From positions 243,528 through 303,527 of the forward strand of contig JAGVXL010000001.1 of assembly GCA_018303805.1 (NCBI GenBank): a stretch of DNA of 60,000 nucleotides. The letters are read 5' to 3'. The position numbers were made by a program, and so were the translations under genes. The notes beneath the pieces are model-generated. The model saw nothing but the letters and a program-made list of their open reading frames with translations. It did not search any database and was not told the DNA's origin. Each line of letters opens with the position of its first letter. The first letter of the stretch is position 1. Below, piece by piece: positions 9,102 to 17,642 of the stretch. The DNA comes from Candidatus Pacearchaeota archaeon. GTDB taxonomy: Archaea > Nanobdellota > Nanobdellia > Pacearchaeales > DTIR01.

Positions 9102-11015
9102 ATGGAGAGAGAAATGAAAACAAGGATATTGCTTACAACAGCATTTTTATCAATTCTTGTACTATTAACAACTGCAAATGCATTCACGATAACCAGCCCT
9201 GATTCTCTTACTGCCTTGCATAATTATGTTCTGCCAATCAATATAACAGTTAACAATTCCGGCTTTGAAGCCATGCAAAACATGACAATAACCGCAACAG
9301 ATATATCAAACCAATCTAATATTCTAAGCACCTCTGCATCAAATATCTCTGCAGGACAAGTAAAGGTATACACGCTAAATTATACAATACCCCAATACAC
9401 CTATGCAAAGGCATACCCAATAACAATAAACATCTCAGGGCAGAACATGTCTGGCAATATGTCCTCTGCAGCAAAAACAATAACAATAACCGTGAATGAA
9501 AACAAGGGGTTGAGCAGTTCTGCAACAGCAATGAGCGTTTCCTCTGCAGCCGGTACCACAAAGCAAGCAACTTTCGCAATAACAAACACAGGAAATGTCA
9601 ACTTGACAAACATCACTGTAACGCAGCAGACAATATTGAATGATTCTGACAATAATATAATAACACTTTCAATAACCTCTGACAAGAATTTGCAGGCGTT
9701 GGCTCCTGGCAACACAGCCACTATTTTTATTAATGCCACTGTTCCAAATTCCCAGCAGAGAAAAACATACAGCACAAACCTCCTTGTAAATTCAAGTGAA
9801 GGAATAGGCGCAACTATTGCTTACCAAATTACAATAAAAGAAAGTTACTGCGAGCTGGGAAACAAGGGCTCATACCTTACAGTTGATATAAAAGAGCCAG
9901 ATAATGGAGATGATTTTTACCCTAATGATGAAATCCCGGTTATGGTAAGAGTGAAAAACACCGATAATGACGAAAGGGATGTTATAGTAAGGGCTGACTT
10001 GTATGACGAGACAGATGACCAGTTCCTTGATGTTGAGTATGAGACAGACGCAACAATAGGAGATGACTCAAGCGAGGATTTTGAATTCACCCTGAAAGTC
10101 CCTCTTGATATTATAAACACGCATGATTTCAGGATTTATGCCAAGGTGTATGAGGACGGAGAAGAAGAAAGCCAATGTTATGAGGATTACATATCAACAG
10201 ACCTCAAGAAAGAATCGCACTCTTTGCTTATAGACAAGGTTGAAATGCCTTCAACTGCAAAATGCGATGACAGCATAGAAGCAGATGTAAAGCTGGCTAA
10301 TGCAGGCAAGAATGATGAAGAGGATGTAAAGCTGGAGGTAATAAATTCAGAACTCGGCATAAGCGAGGAAAAGCTTTTCAACCTGGACACGGGAGAGGCA
10401 AGGACTTCAACATTGGCAATAAAAATCCCAAAGAACACAACAGAAAAGGATTACACAATAACAATAAGGGCATCCTATTACCTTTCAAATGACGAGTATA
10501 AGAAGGATGTGCAGGCGGTTAAGACAGTCAAGGTTTCAGGAAACTGCATGCCCGTAATAGAGAATACTGTTGTAAATGCCGAAGTGCTGAACACAGCAGT
10601 TGTAAAAGAGCAACTGGGCATCAAGCTTACCATATTCAACACAGGCACATCAACGGCAACATACAATGTTGCTGCTTCAGGATATGAAACATGGGCAACA
10701 CTTGATAAGGTTGAGCCGGCAACAGTAACTGTTGAGGCAGGAAGGTCAGAATCAAGCTACGTTTATCTAACTCCATTGGAGAACACTGCAGGCGCACACA
10801 CCATCACATTGAAAGCGATGTGGGGCAGCAGGAGCCTTACAAAAACAATAACAATCCCTGTAACAGAGAAGATGACACCGCAAAGCGCATATCAGAAAAT
10901 CTCGCAGAGATTGAGCAACCTAAGCGGATTTGACTTGGCAACAGTAAATATTGTGCTTGTCGTGGCAATAGTTCTGGTTTTTGCATGGATAATGCGTGTG
11001 AGAAGGGCTTACTAG
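9102..11015 (+). CDS. Secreted multi-Ig/CARDB-like (S-layer-associated) protein with C-terminal TM
   Basis: Signal peptide; repeated beta-rich modules (ITNTGN, VKNT, LANAGK, IFNTG); many N-x-S/T sequons. Confidence 0.8.
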   Translation: MEREMKTRILLTTAFLSILVLLTTANAFTITSPDSLTALHNYVLPINITVNNSGFEAMQNMTITATDISNQSNILSTSASNISAGQVKVYTLNYTIPQYTYAKAYPITINISGQNMSGNMSSAAKTITITVNENKGLSSSATAMSVSSAAGTTKQATFAITNTGNVNLTNITVTQQTILNDSDNNIITLSITSDKNLQALAPGNTATIFINATVPNSQQRKTYSTNLLVNSSEGIGATIAYQITIKESYCELGNKGSYLTVDIKEPDNGDDFYPNDEIPVMVRVKNTDNDERDVIVRADLYDETDDQFLDVEYETDATIGDDSSEDFEFTLKVPLDIINTHDFRIYAKVYEDGEEESQCYEDYISTDLKKESHSLLIDKVEMPSTAKCDDSIEADVKLANAGKNDEEDVKLEVINSELGISEEKLFNLDTGEARTSTLAIKIPKNTTEKDYTITIRASYYLSNDEYKKDVQAVKTVKVSGNCMPVIENTVVNAEVLNTAVVKEQLGIKLTIFNTGTSTATYNVAASGYETWATLDKVEPATVTVEAGRSESSYVYLTPLENTAGAHTITLKAMWGSRSLTKTITIPVTEKMTPQSAYQKISQRLSNLSGFDLATVNIVLVVAIVLVFAWIMRVRRAY

Positions 11016-11045
11016 GGCTTTATTTTTTTATCCTAAGCAAGAGAA

Positions 11046-11294
11046 ATGAAAAATTTGCTAAAAAAACTGATTTATGAGATTGAGAGGAGAAAGTATATTC
11101 ACTGCCTCAAGGAGAATCCAGAGGACACAGAAGTAAGGAGAGGGCTGCTTACATGGCATCTTAAGCATGGATATTACGCAAAGGCATTTGAGCAATATAA
11201 ATTAATCAAGGATAAATACAGCAAGGGTGCAAGATTTGAAGAGCTTCTGGAAGCAAAAGAGGCTTTGAAAAGCAAGGGTTTTTCTATAGATTAA
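11046..11294 (+). CDS. Small helical (TPR-like) hypothetical protein
   Basis: ENPEDTEVRRGL...GYYAKAFEQY resembles a single TPR. Confidence 0.6.
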   Translation: MKNLLKKLIYEIERRKYIHCLKENPEDTEVRRGLLTWHLKHGYYAKAFEQYKLIKDKYSKGARFEELLEAKEALKSKGFSID

Positions 11295-11953
11295 ATCAGT
11301 GGCAAAAACTTGCTGAGCAGATACAGGGTTGTTGCGGCAACGAGCGGCACAACTAAATTGTCATCAACATCATCCCCTCTGAGCTGCAGGGTTAACGCCT
11401 CAGCAAGCATTGCCATGCTAGCGGCAAGCAATGCCTTGATTGGGGAAACAAAAAACAATGCGGCAATGAAACCTGAAATTATGCCTACAATTGTGCCTTC
11501 AATCTTCTTTAAAGTATTAAATGGCTTCCTGTGATTCTTCCTGCCGATAAAAATGCCGGAAATAGTTGCAAAGGGATCAGCAACTGTCAAAATTGCAATT
11601 GATGCAAGCGCAATGCCATAAGGAAAAATCTTCAGAACAAGCAGACAGCCGGCAACAAAAAACAATGTGCCCTTTCCAGGGAACCTCCTGATATACCTTG
11701 GCTTCTCAAACGCTTTAAGCATGAGATAGATAAACGGCAATTTAAAGCGCAATGAAATCAATGAGAGGATTATGCCTGAAACAAGCAGGGAAAACAGGAA
11801 CCATCTTATGCCGGAGGCAAAGTTCATTGCAAGCCATAGGATTGCAAAACCCATTAGGATATGGAATATTGCCCTTCTCACCCTCAAGAAGCTTACTGCG
11901 CTTCCTCGCTTTTTCCGCTGTTCTTTCTTTGGCATTTTACTTTTTAATTCCAA
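11291..11953 (-). CDS. Dolichol/phytol kinase-like membrane protein (CTP-transferase family)
   Basis: RRAIFH, ADPFATISG, KKIEG, DDNLVVP; multiple TMs. Confidence 0.85.
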   Translation of the reverse strand: MELKSKMPKKEQRKKRGSAVSFLRVRRAIFHILMGFAILWLAMNFASGIRWFLFSLLVSGIILSLISLRFKLPFIYLMLKAFEKPRYIRRFPGKGTLFFVAGCLLVLKIFPYGIALASIAILTVADPFATISGIFIGRKNHRKPFNTLKKIEGTIVGIISGFIAALFFVSPIKALLAASMAMLAEALTLQLRGDDVDDNLVVPLVAATTLYLLSKFLPLI

Positions 11954-12596
11954 AAATTTTTTTCAGCACAGAAAAGATATTGCTGTATCCATATCCTTCT
12001 TCAAGCCTGACAGCAGCCAAGCCGATAAAATAACCTAAAAACGCCCCTGCAAGAACATCGCTCATATAGTGCAGCGAGAAATAAACCCTTGAAAATCCCA
12101 CCAAACAGGCAAAAACAAGCCAGAAAAACTTTAATCTGGGGAATTCCCTGTCTAAGATTGGCAATGCTGCGAAGGCGACTGCTGCATGCAGGCTTGGGAA
12201 ACTTGAGGCAAGCAAGCCCTGGGTCTGGACAAGAACCTTCAGTGTGGGAAACCCTATGTAATAAGGCCTAACCCTTATAAAAACAAGTTTAAGCGCTGCT
12301 ACAACCGCAAATGAGGACAGCAAGCTCATCCATAAAGGGAAAAGCCATTTTCTCTTATGTTCATGCCACAAGAATAGCGATGTAAGCACAAATAGAACAA
12401 CGATGACTGAGCCGGCATAAGTAACAACAAGCATGAACTTATCCAGCAGGGGATTCTGCAGCTCAGAGGCAAATTTTACTATGGAATTGTCAAACTTTAA
12501 CGAGAGAAGCAGCATAGCTGTAAAAGCCGCAATAAGCAGGGCTAACTTGGCTAATAAAAATCTTGATTTTCCCACACTCCTTTTCCCCATAAACAA
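11937..12596 (-). CDS. PAP2-family phosphatase
   Basis: K......RP, SFPSLH, SRVYFSLHYMSDV. Confidence 0.92.
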   Translation of the reverse strand: MFMGKRSVGKSRFLLAKLALLIAAFTAMLLLSLKFDNSIVKFASELQNPLLDKFMLVVTYAGSVIVVLFVLTSLFLWHEHKRKWLFPLWMSLLSSFAVVAALKLVFIRVRPYYIGFPTLKVLVQTQGLLASSFPSLHAAVAFAALPILDREFPRLKFFWLVFACLVGFSRVYFSLHYMSDVLAGAFLGYFIGLAAVRLEEGYGYSNIFSVLKKIFGIKK

Positions 12597-12668
12597 AAAA
12601 CAGGAAATCTATTTAAATAGATTTTGCCTTAAGCTTTCTCTAAAGAGAAACCTTAGAAAGAGAAAAAA

Positions 12669-13253
12669 ATGGCAGGAAGAAAGAGAGGGAAGGGCAGAAT
12701 AAACAGAAAAAAAGGGATAGAGAACAAAAGGGCGGCAATGGACATAGCAGCAAGATATTTGCTGCTTCTTCTTGCATCTCTGAACAGCCTCTGGATTTTT
12801 TATATTATTTTCACGCCATTAACAATTCAGGCAGCCGCATTGCTGCTAAAAATTTTTTACACAACAGAGGTTTACAAAAATATTATCCTGCTGAACTATG
12901 AAGTTGTGATAGATATGGTGAGGGCATGCATTGCCGGCTCGGCATATTACCTTCTGCTGATATTAAACCTGACAACTGCAAGGATAAAACTGAAAAAAAG
13001 AATCTGGATATTCCTCTTTGATTCTTCACTTTTCTTTCTGCTGAACATAGCAAGGATATCCCTGCTTGCTATAATGCAAGTCAACAAGATTGCGGCTTTT
13101 GACATAACACACAAGCTGTTCTGGTATGGCATGAGCACTATCTATGTGGTTTTAATCTGGATTCTAACAATCAATATCTTTAAGATAAAAAACATTCCAG
13201 TTTACTCTGATGTAAGGTTTCTTCTGGAACAGGCAAAGAGAAAATTACAATAA
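12669..13253 (+). CDS. Archaeosortase/exosortase-family protein (pacearchaeosortase-like)
   Basis: Catalytic Cys in ACIAGSAYYLLLILN, Arg in NIARI, His in FDITHK; multi-TM. Confidence 0.75.
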   Translation: MAGRKRGKGRINRKKGIENKRAAMDIAARYLLLLLASLNSLWIFYIIFTPLTIQAAALLLKIFYTTEVYKNIILLNYEVVIDMVRACIAGSAYYLLLILNLTTARIKLKKRIWIFLFDSSLFFLLNIARISLLAIMQVNKIAAFDITHKLFWYGMSTIYVVLIWILTINIFKIKNIPVYSDVRFLLEQAKRKLQ

Positions 13254-13730
13254 AGCCCTGAACATGCTTAATCCAGCAAGTGTCAATAAAGTGACAATCA
13301 CTCCTGCAATTAAAACACCCAAAGCAATAGCAGCAAAACTTTTTTTCCTGTTCAAGCCAAGAAGCCAAGCAATTAAAGCGCCTGTCCAAGCCCCTGTAAC
13401 AGGCAAGGGCACTGCAACAAACAAGGCAAGGGAAATATATCCATATTTGTTTATCTGCGGCTCAAGCTTCTTTGCTTTTCTCTGGATTCTTGTAATAAAT
13501 AAATTAAACAGTTTTCTGTAAAAATTAATGCCCAAAAACCTGTGATGCAGAAAGTCAAGGAAAAAGAAAACAGGCAGCACAACAAGGATGTTCGCAAGAA
13601 TGCAGATTAAAGGCAGGGCAATTGCATTTGCAAAGGTTAGCGTAGAGACACTTAAAATATAAGGAATGCCCCCTCTAAGTTCAGAAATTGGAGAGATGCT
13701 CAATAGTATAGCCAAAAATATGCTGTTCAT
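13245..13730 (-). CDS. Putative small multidrug export family membrane protein (COG2426-like)
   Basis: PISELRGGIP; LFVAVPLPVTGAWTG. Confidence 0.88.
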   Translation of the reverse strand: MNSIFLAILLSISPISELRGGIPYILSVSTLTFANAIALPLICILANILVVLPVFFFLDFLHHRFLGINFYRKLFNLFITRIQRKAKKLEPQINKYGYISLALFVAVPLPVTGAWTGALIAWLLGLNRKKSFAAIALGVLIAGVIVTLLTLAGLSMFRALL

Positions 13731-13736
13731 TTTAAC

Positions 13737-14447
13737 TTATGAAGCTGAAATCTTCCACAGCCCTTTTATAATTTCCAGCATAAATGCCTCTGTTGTCTCA
13801 ACAATCCTGCAGTTGGATACATTCAGGACATAGCAGTCACCCCGCTGTGAGATGGAATTTTCAGGGGACTGCTGCAGCACGATTACTGTCTTGTTCAGGG
13901 CATCTGCACAGTCTCTTTCAGGGATATTCTCATCAATTGCAGTCTCATGGGAAGTTGTCGCGCCCTTGACATCTATGCCTAAAGCAGAAAGAAGGGAAGC
14001 CAGCTCAAAAGCGGCGAGGCTGCTTGCATAGCACTTGCTTGTTTCAGGCTGAAAAGAGATATATCCTGTCTTCCTCAATGCCACAGAAACATTTACCGGC
14101 ATTTTTAACTTGCGGGGGTCATTTCTTATGTATAAATTATAGTTAAAAGTTCCCTTTGAATTTGACAAGCCAATCCTGCCGTGGTATATTGTAACGCCCC
14201 CCTGAACAACCTTCTGGAACTTTATGCCGTGATACAGGAATGTCCCGATATTCCTGTAAACAAAGAAGAATATCAGGAATGCGGCAACAGCAGCAACCAT
14301 GAAAAGGACTATAACCAGTGTTTGTTTCTCCTCTTTTGAAAGCTTTCCTTTCCTGCCTCTAACAGGATTTTTTATTTCGCGCCCTGTTTTGTTTTCAGGC
14401 TTTTTTCCCCTCACCTTTTTTTTACCCCTCTTTTCTTTTTGCGCCAT
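13737..14447 (-). CDS. Membrane-anchored hypothetical protein
   Basis: Basic N-terminus, one TM, C-terminal domain with Cys pairs; resembles 14519-15133. Confidence 0.75.
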   Translation of the reverse strand: MAQKEKRGKKKVRGKKPENKTGREIKNPVRGRKGKLSKEEKQTLVIVLFMVAAVAAFLIFFFVYRNIGTFLYHGIKFQKVVQGGVTIYHGRIGLSNSKGTFNYNLYIRNDPRKLKMPVNVSVALRKTGYISFQPETSKCYASSLAAFELASLLSALGIDVKGATTSHETAIDENIPERDCADALNKTVIVLQQSPENSISQRGDCYVLNVSNCRIVETTEAFMLEIIKGLWKISAS

Positions 14448-14518
14448 TTTTCAGTTTATTTCTGAGCTTTTTTAGTTTCTTCTCTCCGAAGTCTCTTCTT
14501 TTCTAAAGAAGAGAGCTC

Positions 14519-15133
14519 TTATATAATTCCGTAAATCCCAAATAACAACCTATCTGCCGCCCTTATTAAATTTTTTGCTGTTGAATCAATATAGATGCAA
14601 TTCTCATCCTGATAAATTCCTTCATTTACGAGAGTGGCATTATTAAATTTTTTCTCGTTTATAACAATCAGGATATCCCAGCATGTCTTGACAGGCAAAT
14701 CTGCGCATTCAGCCAGATTTGCCTGCTCCTCAAGGCAGGCAAGCTGCACCCTTAATGCAGGCAGGTTTCTGGCTATCTCATTCGCCGCTATCTTGGTTTC
14801 ATCATTCAGGGCAACAAAATAAATCTCCCTGCCTGAAAAAAGGTTTTGCGATAACTTGGCAGAGTAGGAGATGTTTTCAACATCCTGCGGCAAATATCTT
14901 ACAACAAGCCCAAAGTTTTGGTTCTGCAGCTGCCATAATCCACCTGAACTGGCAAACTCAAAATTGTTGTACTGCTTTCTCTCGCCCCGCCCCTGCTGCT
15001 GCCTCGCACTCCTGTCCATAATGCTGTAACCTGCAGTGCTTAACACCATTATTGCAACAAGTATTACTCCAACAACAATCTGGTTTCTCCTCTGTTTTTT
15101 TTCCCTCTCAGCTTTTGTTTCAATCCTCTTCAT
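14519..15133 (-). CDS. Membrane-anchored hypothetical protein, likely a distant paralog of the preceding gene
   Basis: TM IMVLSTAGY; C...LPVKTC and NCIYI pattern. Confidence 0.75.
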   Translation of the reverse strand: MKRIETKAEREKKQRRNQIVVGVILVAIMVLSTAGYSIMDRSARQQQGRGERKQYNNFEFASSGGLWQLQNQNFGLVVRYLPQDVENISYSAKLSQNLFSGREIYFVALNDETKIAANEIARNLPALRVQLACLEEQANLAECADLPVKTCWDILIVINEKKFNNATLVNEGIYQDENCIYIDSTAKNLIRAADRLLFGIYGII

Positions 15134-15246
15134 AAATCATTAATCAAGAAAAGAGATTTAAAGCTTTCGCTTGATTGTTGTTAAATGCAATAAATCTGGG
15201 CTTTTGAAAGATAACTTTATTAAATACTAACCTTTTACCTATTTAA

Positions 15247-15831
15247 ATGACAAACATTAATTCGATATCTAAGAAAAAATATCTACTTTTTAGTGTTATT
15301 GGATCTCACGCAGGGGAATCTGAGCAAGAAATTTTTAATAGAAAAAAAAGAGAAATTCTTAATGCTGATAAATCGTTTTGGTTAATTAAATCATTTAAAT
15401 CTAAAACTGAAGATATCCAGAATTTCTGTAGATTGGCTTCTGAAGAGGGTGAAGATATTTTTTGTATTTTTCTTGAAGCTTCTCAAAAAGGTGGTGCACA
15501 ACCTACAAAAACAAATTCAGTTGCTTATCAATTTTCATCAAATAATATTCATTGGTCAGATATTCCGAAAGGGATTAGAGTAACTGGAAAAATTGATAAA
15601 AAAACTACTGCTTTAGTTTTAGAGAGTTTAGAAATCAATAATGAAAAGAAAGTTGAAATGGATTTATGGAATTATTCAAATTTTTTAAATGATTTAGAAC
15701 CCATAAAATTCATGCAAGGAGCATCAACAATATGTGCAATAGAAAAACACAATAAAGGGATGAAATCAAGATATCGAAAAATTATTGCATTTGGAAAATT
15801 AACTAAGCCATTTGCAGTTTGGTTGAAATAA
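15247..15831 (+). CDS. Hypothetical protein, very AT-rich and cassette-like
   Basis: 194-aa ORF, upstream TATA, GSHAGE..EIF.RKK.E motif; followed by a GC-rich palindromic element. Confidence 0.75.
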   Translation: MTNINSISKKKYLLFSVIGSHAGESEQEIFNRKKREILNADKSFWLIKSFKSKTEDIQNFCRLASEEGEDIFCIFLEASQKGGAQPTKTNSVAYQFSSNNIHWSDIPKGIRVTGKIDKKTTALVLESLEINNEKKVEMDLWNYSNFLNDLEPIKFMQGASTICAIEKHNKGMKSRYRKIIAFGKLTKPFAVWLK

Positions 15832-15847
15832 GCCCAGATTTACTCAA

Positions 15848-15988
15848 GCCACGCTGCGCTCTCCCTACGCTTCGCTTCGGTCGGGTCACTTAACAAGGGA
15901 TATACGGTTCAGCCCTCGGCACGGGCTTCACCCAAATTTTGCTCCGTTTCACTCCGCAAAACTTCTGTTAATCGCATTTATATCCCCA
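15848..15988. repeat. attC-like imperfect palindrome (degenerate)
   Basis: CACTTAAC, then GGGATATA...TATATCCC outer arms with internal GC hairpins; no clear GTTRRRY core. Confidence 0.45.
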
Positions 15989-16020
15989 ATTTCTGGTAAA
16001 TTTTGTCGTGGCTTCAGAAA

Positions 16021-16311
16021 TTAATAATTTCTGATAGTGCTCAAGAATTGAAGATTCTTGACATGGTCAAAATCATCAAGGAAAATCAGGTCATTTGGCT
16101 TATCATATTTAAAAACAAGAACAAAATGCCCAACATGAACCCTTTTGTACTCTTTCAAATCGTAATGTAGATTCTTATAATGCTCTATGTCTAAGATGTT
16201 TAAAATTTCATTCATTTTATTTAGGAGATTTTCATAAAGCTGTTTGTCTTTCTTTTGCAGCTTGGCAAGAACTCTATCAAAATTTTTACTTGTTTTATAC
16301 TTTCGGGGCAT
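16021..16311 (-). CDS. RelE/ParE-superfamily toxin, possibly with an altered C-terminus
   Basis: HYKNL.YDLKEYKRVHVGHFVLVF...FLDDFDH. Confidence 0.85.
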   Translation of the reverse strand: MPRKYKTSKNFDRVLAKLQKKDKQLYENLLNKMNEILNILDIEHYKNLHYDLKEYKRVHVGHFVLVFKYDKPNDLIFLDDFDHVKNLQFLSTIRNY

Positions 16312-16312
16312 T

Positions 16313-16543
16313 TTACCCTTTTTCTATTTTCCTTCTTAATTGTTCAATAGAAGTAAAAGTTTCGCCATATCCCTCTTTTTCTATTCTTTTCAATTTTTCC
16401 AGATACTCTGGCCTTAATTCCGGCTCTAAAATGCTTGCTCCGCAGTCAATAACTATCTTTGCTATTGCCTCGCTTTTCGTTTTCAAGTTGTATCTGGCTT
16501 TCACTATGTTCAGGATGTGGTTTGCTTCATCTGGAATTTCAAT
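16313..16543 (-). CDS. Cognate antitoxin (DUF2683-like), 5'-truncated or restarting at GTG 16504
   Basis: IEIPDEANHILNIVKARYNLKTKSEAI...LEPELRPEY; in-frame TAG immediately upstream and no ATG. Confidence 0.7.
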   Translation of the reverse strand: MEIPDEANHILNIVKARYNLKTKSEAIAKIVIDCGASILEPELRPEYLEKLKRIEKEGYGETFTSIEQLRRKIEKG

Positions 16544-16562
16544 CTATAAACCTTTCGGTTTT

Positions 16563-17240
16563 TTATTTAAGAATTCTTTTGAAAAAAAGATTTTCTTTTT
16601 CACCACTACTTATCTTTTCTAAAATATAATCTGTTAACAATTCTTTCAATCTATCTTCGCAATTTCTGACTATTTTTGCTGCTGAGGAAATGCCCGACAC
16701 AATAAAAATCATTGAAAGATGAGAGCTAATAATTGTTGTAGTTTGTTTGATTACATCTCTTTCTTTATCATCTTTTTTTACAAATAAAACATGTTTCTCT
16801 ATATTTTCCAAAATGTTTATGATATCTTTCTTGAATTTTTCAATAGAGATAATATCGTCTATTAATATCCCAATATACCTGTTTAAAATCCCATTTTCTA
16901 CAAATTGAGCAATATGCAATCCCTTTACTTTATATTTATTAAAAATCTTATTTCGTAAATTCATTTTTCTTTCTTCTTCTTTTTCCTTCTCTAAACTTCT
17001 TAATGTTAAACCCATTTTCAATAAAAAAAGCATTTCACTATCTTCAATATACTCTTTATAAAAAGATAATTCACCAGACCTATATTGTTCTTTGACTATC
17101 TTAATTGTTTTTTCATCTTGAATAAAAGCGAGTTTCCTATCTTTAAATTTAGAAGCCAGCTTTTTAACAAATTCTTCTCCCCATTTAAGAAACCCTTCTG
17201 TTGCTCCCTTTGAAGCACTTTCTATAGGATCATAGGACAT
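16563..17240 (-). CDS. Hypothetical protein, AT-rich; likely start MSYDP at 17240
   Basis: Long ORF overlapping the end of the upstream small gene. Confidence 0.75.
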   Translation of the reverse strand: MSYDPIESASKGATEGFLKWGEEFVKKLASKFKDRKLAFIQDEKTIKIVKEQYRSGELSFYKEYIEDSEMLFLLKMGLTLRSLEKEKEEERKMNLRNKIFNKYKVKGLHIAQFVENGILNRYIGILIDDIISIEKFKKDIINILENIEKHVLFVKKDDKERDVIKQTTTIISSHLSMIFIVSGISSAAKIVRNCEDRLKELLTDYILEKISSGEKENLFFKRILK

Positions 17241-17472
17241 CTCCAAACTCCTCCAGATATTTAGAGACACTTAACTCATTATCGTCAAGGATTATTTCGC
17301 TACCGGGAAAAATAACCATATTCTCCATTTTAACAGGTATTTCTAAATATCTATCTAAAACTTTATTTCCTTTAGAATCCAATACAAATTCCCCGTCAGA
17401 ATTATACCCTAATTCTTTTAACAGTAGAATTTTAGATTCAGGAGAAACTTGTTTTAATGAGACTAATTCCAT
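17230..17472 (-). CDS. Small acidic hypothetical protein
   Basis: 80-aa ORF with upstream TATA, coupled to the next gene. Confidence 0.7.
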   Translation of the reverse strand: MELVSLKQVSPESKILLLKELGYNSDGEFVLDSKGNKVLDRYLEIPVKMENMVIFPGSEIILDDNELSVSKYLEEFGDVL

Positions 17473-17642
17473 TTTATTTTTCCTCTTTTATACAAAATAA
17501 TGTAGAGTATTTAAATATTTATCTTTTATGCACAGTTTATAGTTTATGTTTTTTATGCCTGTCCAAAGATTCAAAATTCATGCTTGCCAGCAAGCAATAA
17601 AAAAATAAAAGAAAAAGAAAAAAATAAATAAAACAAAGCTAA

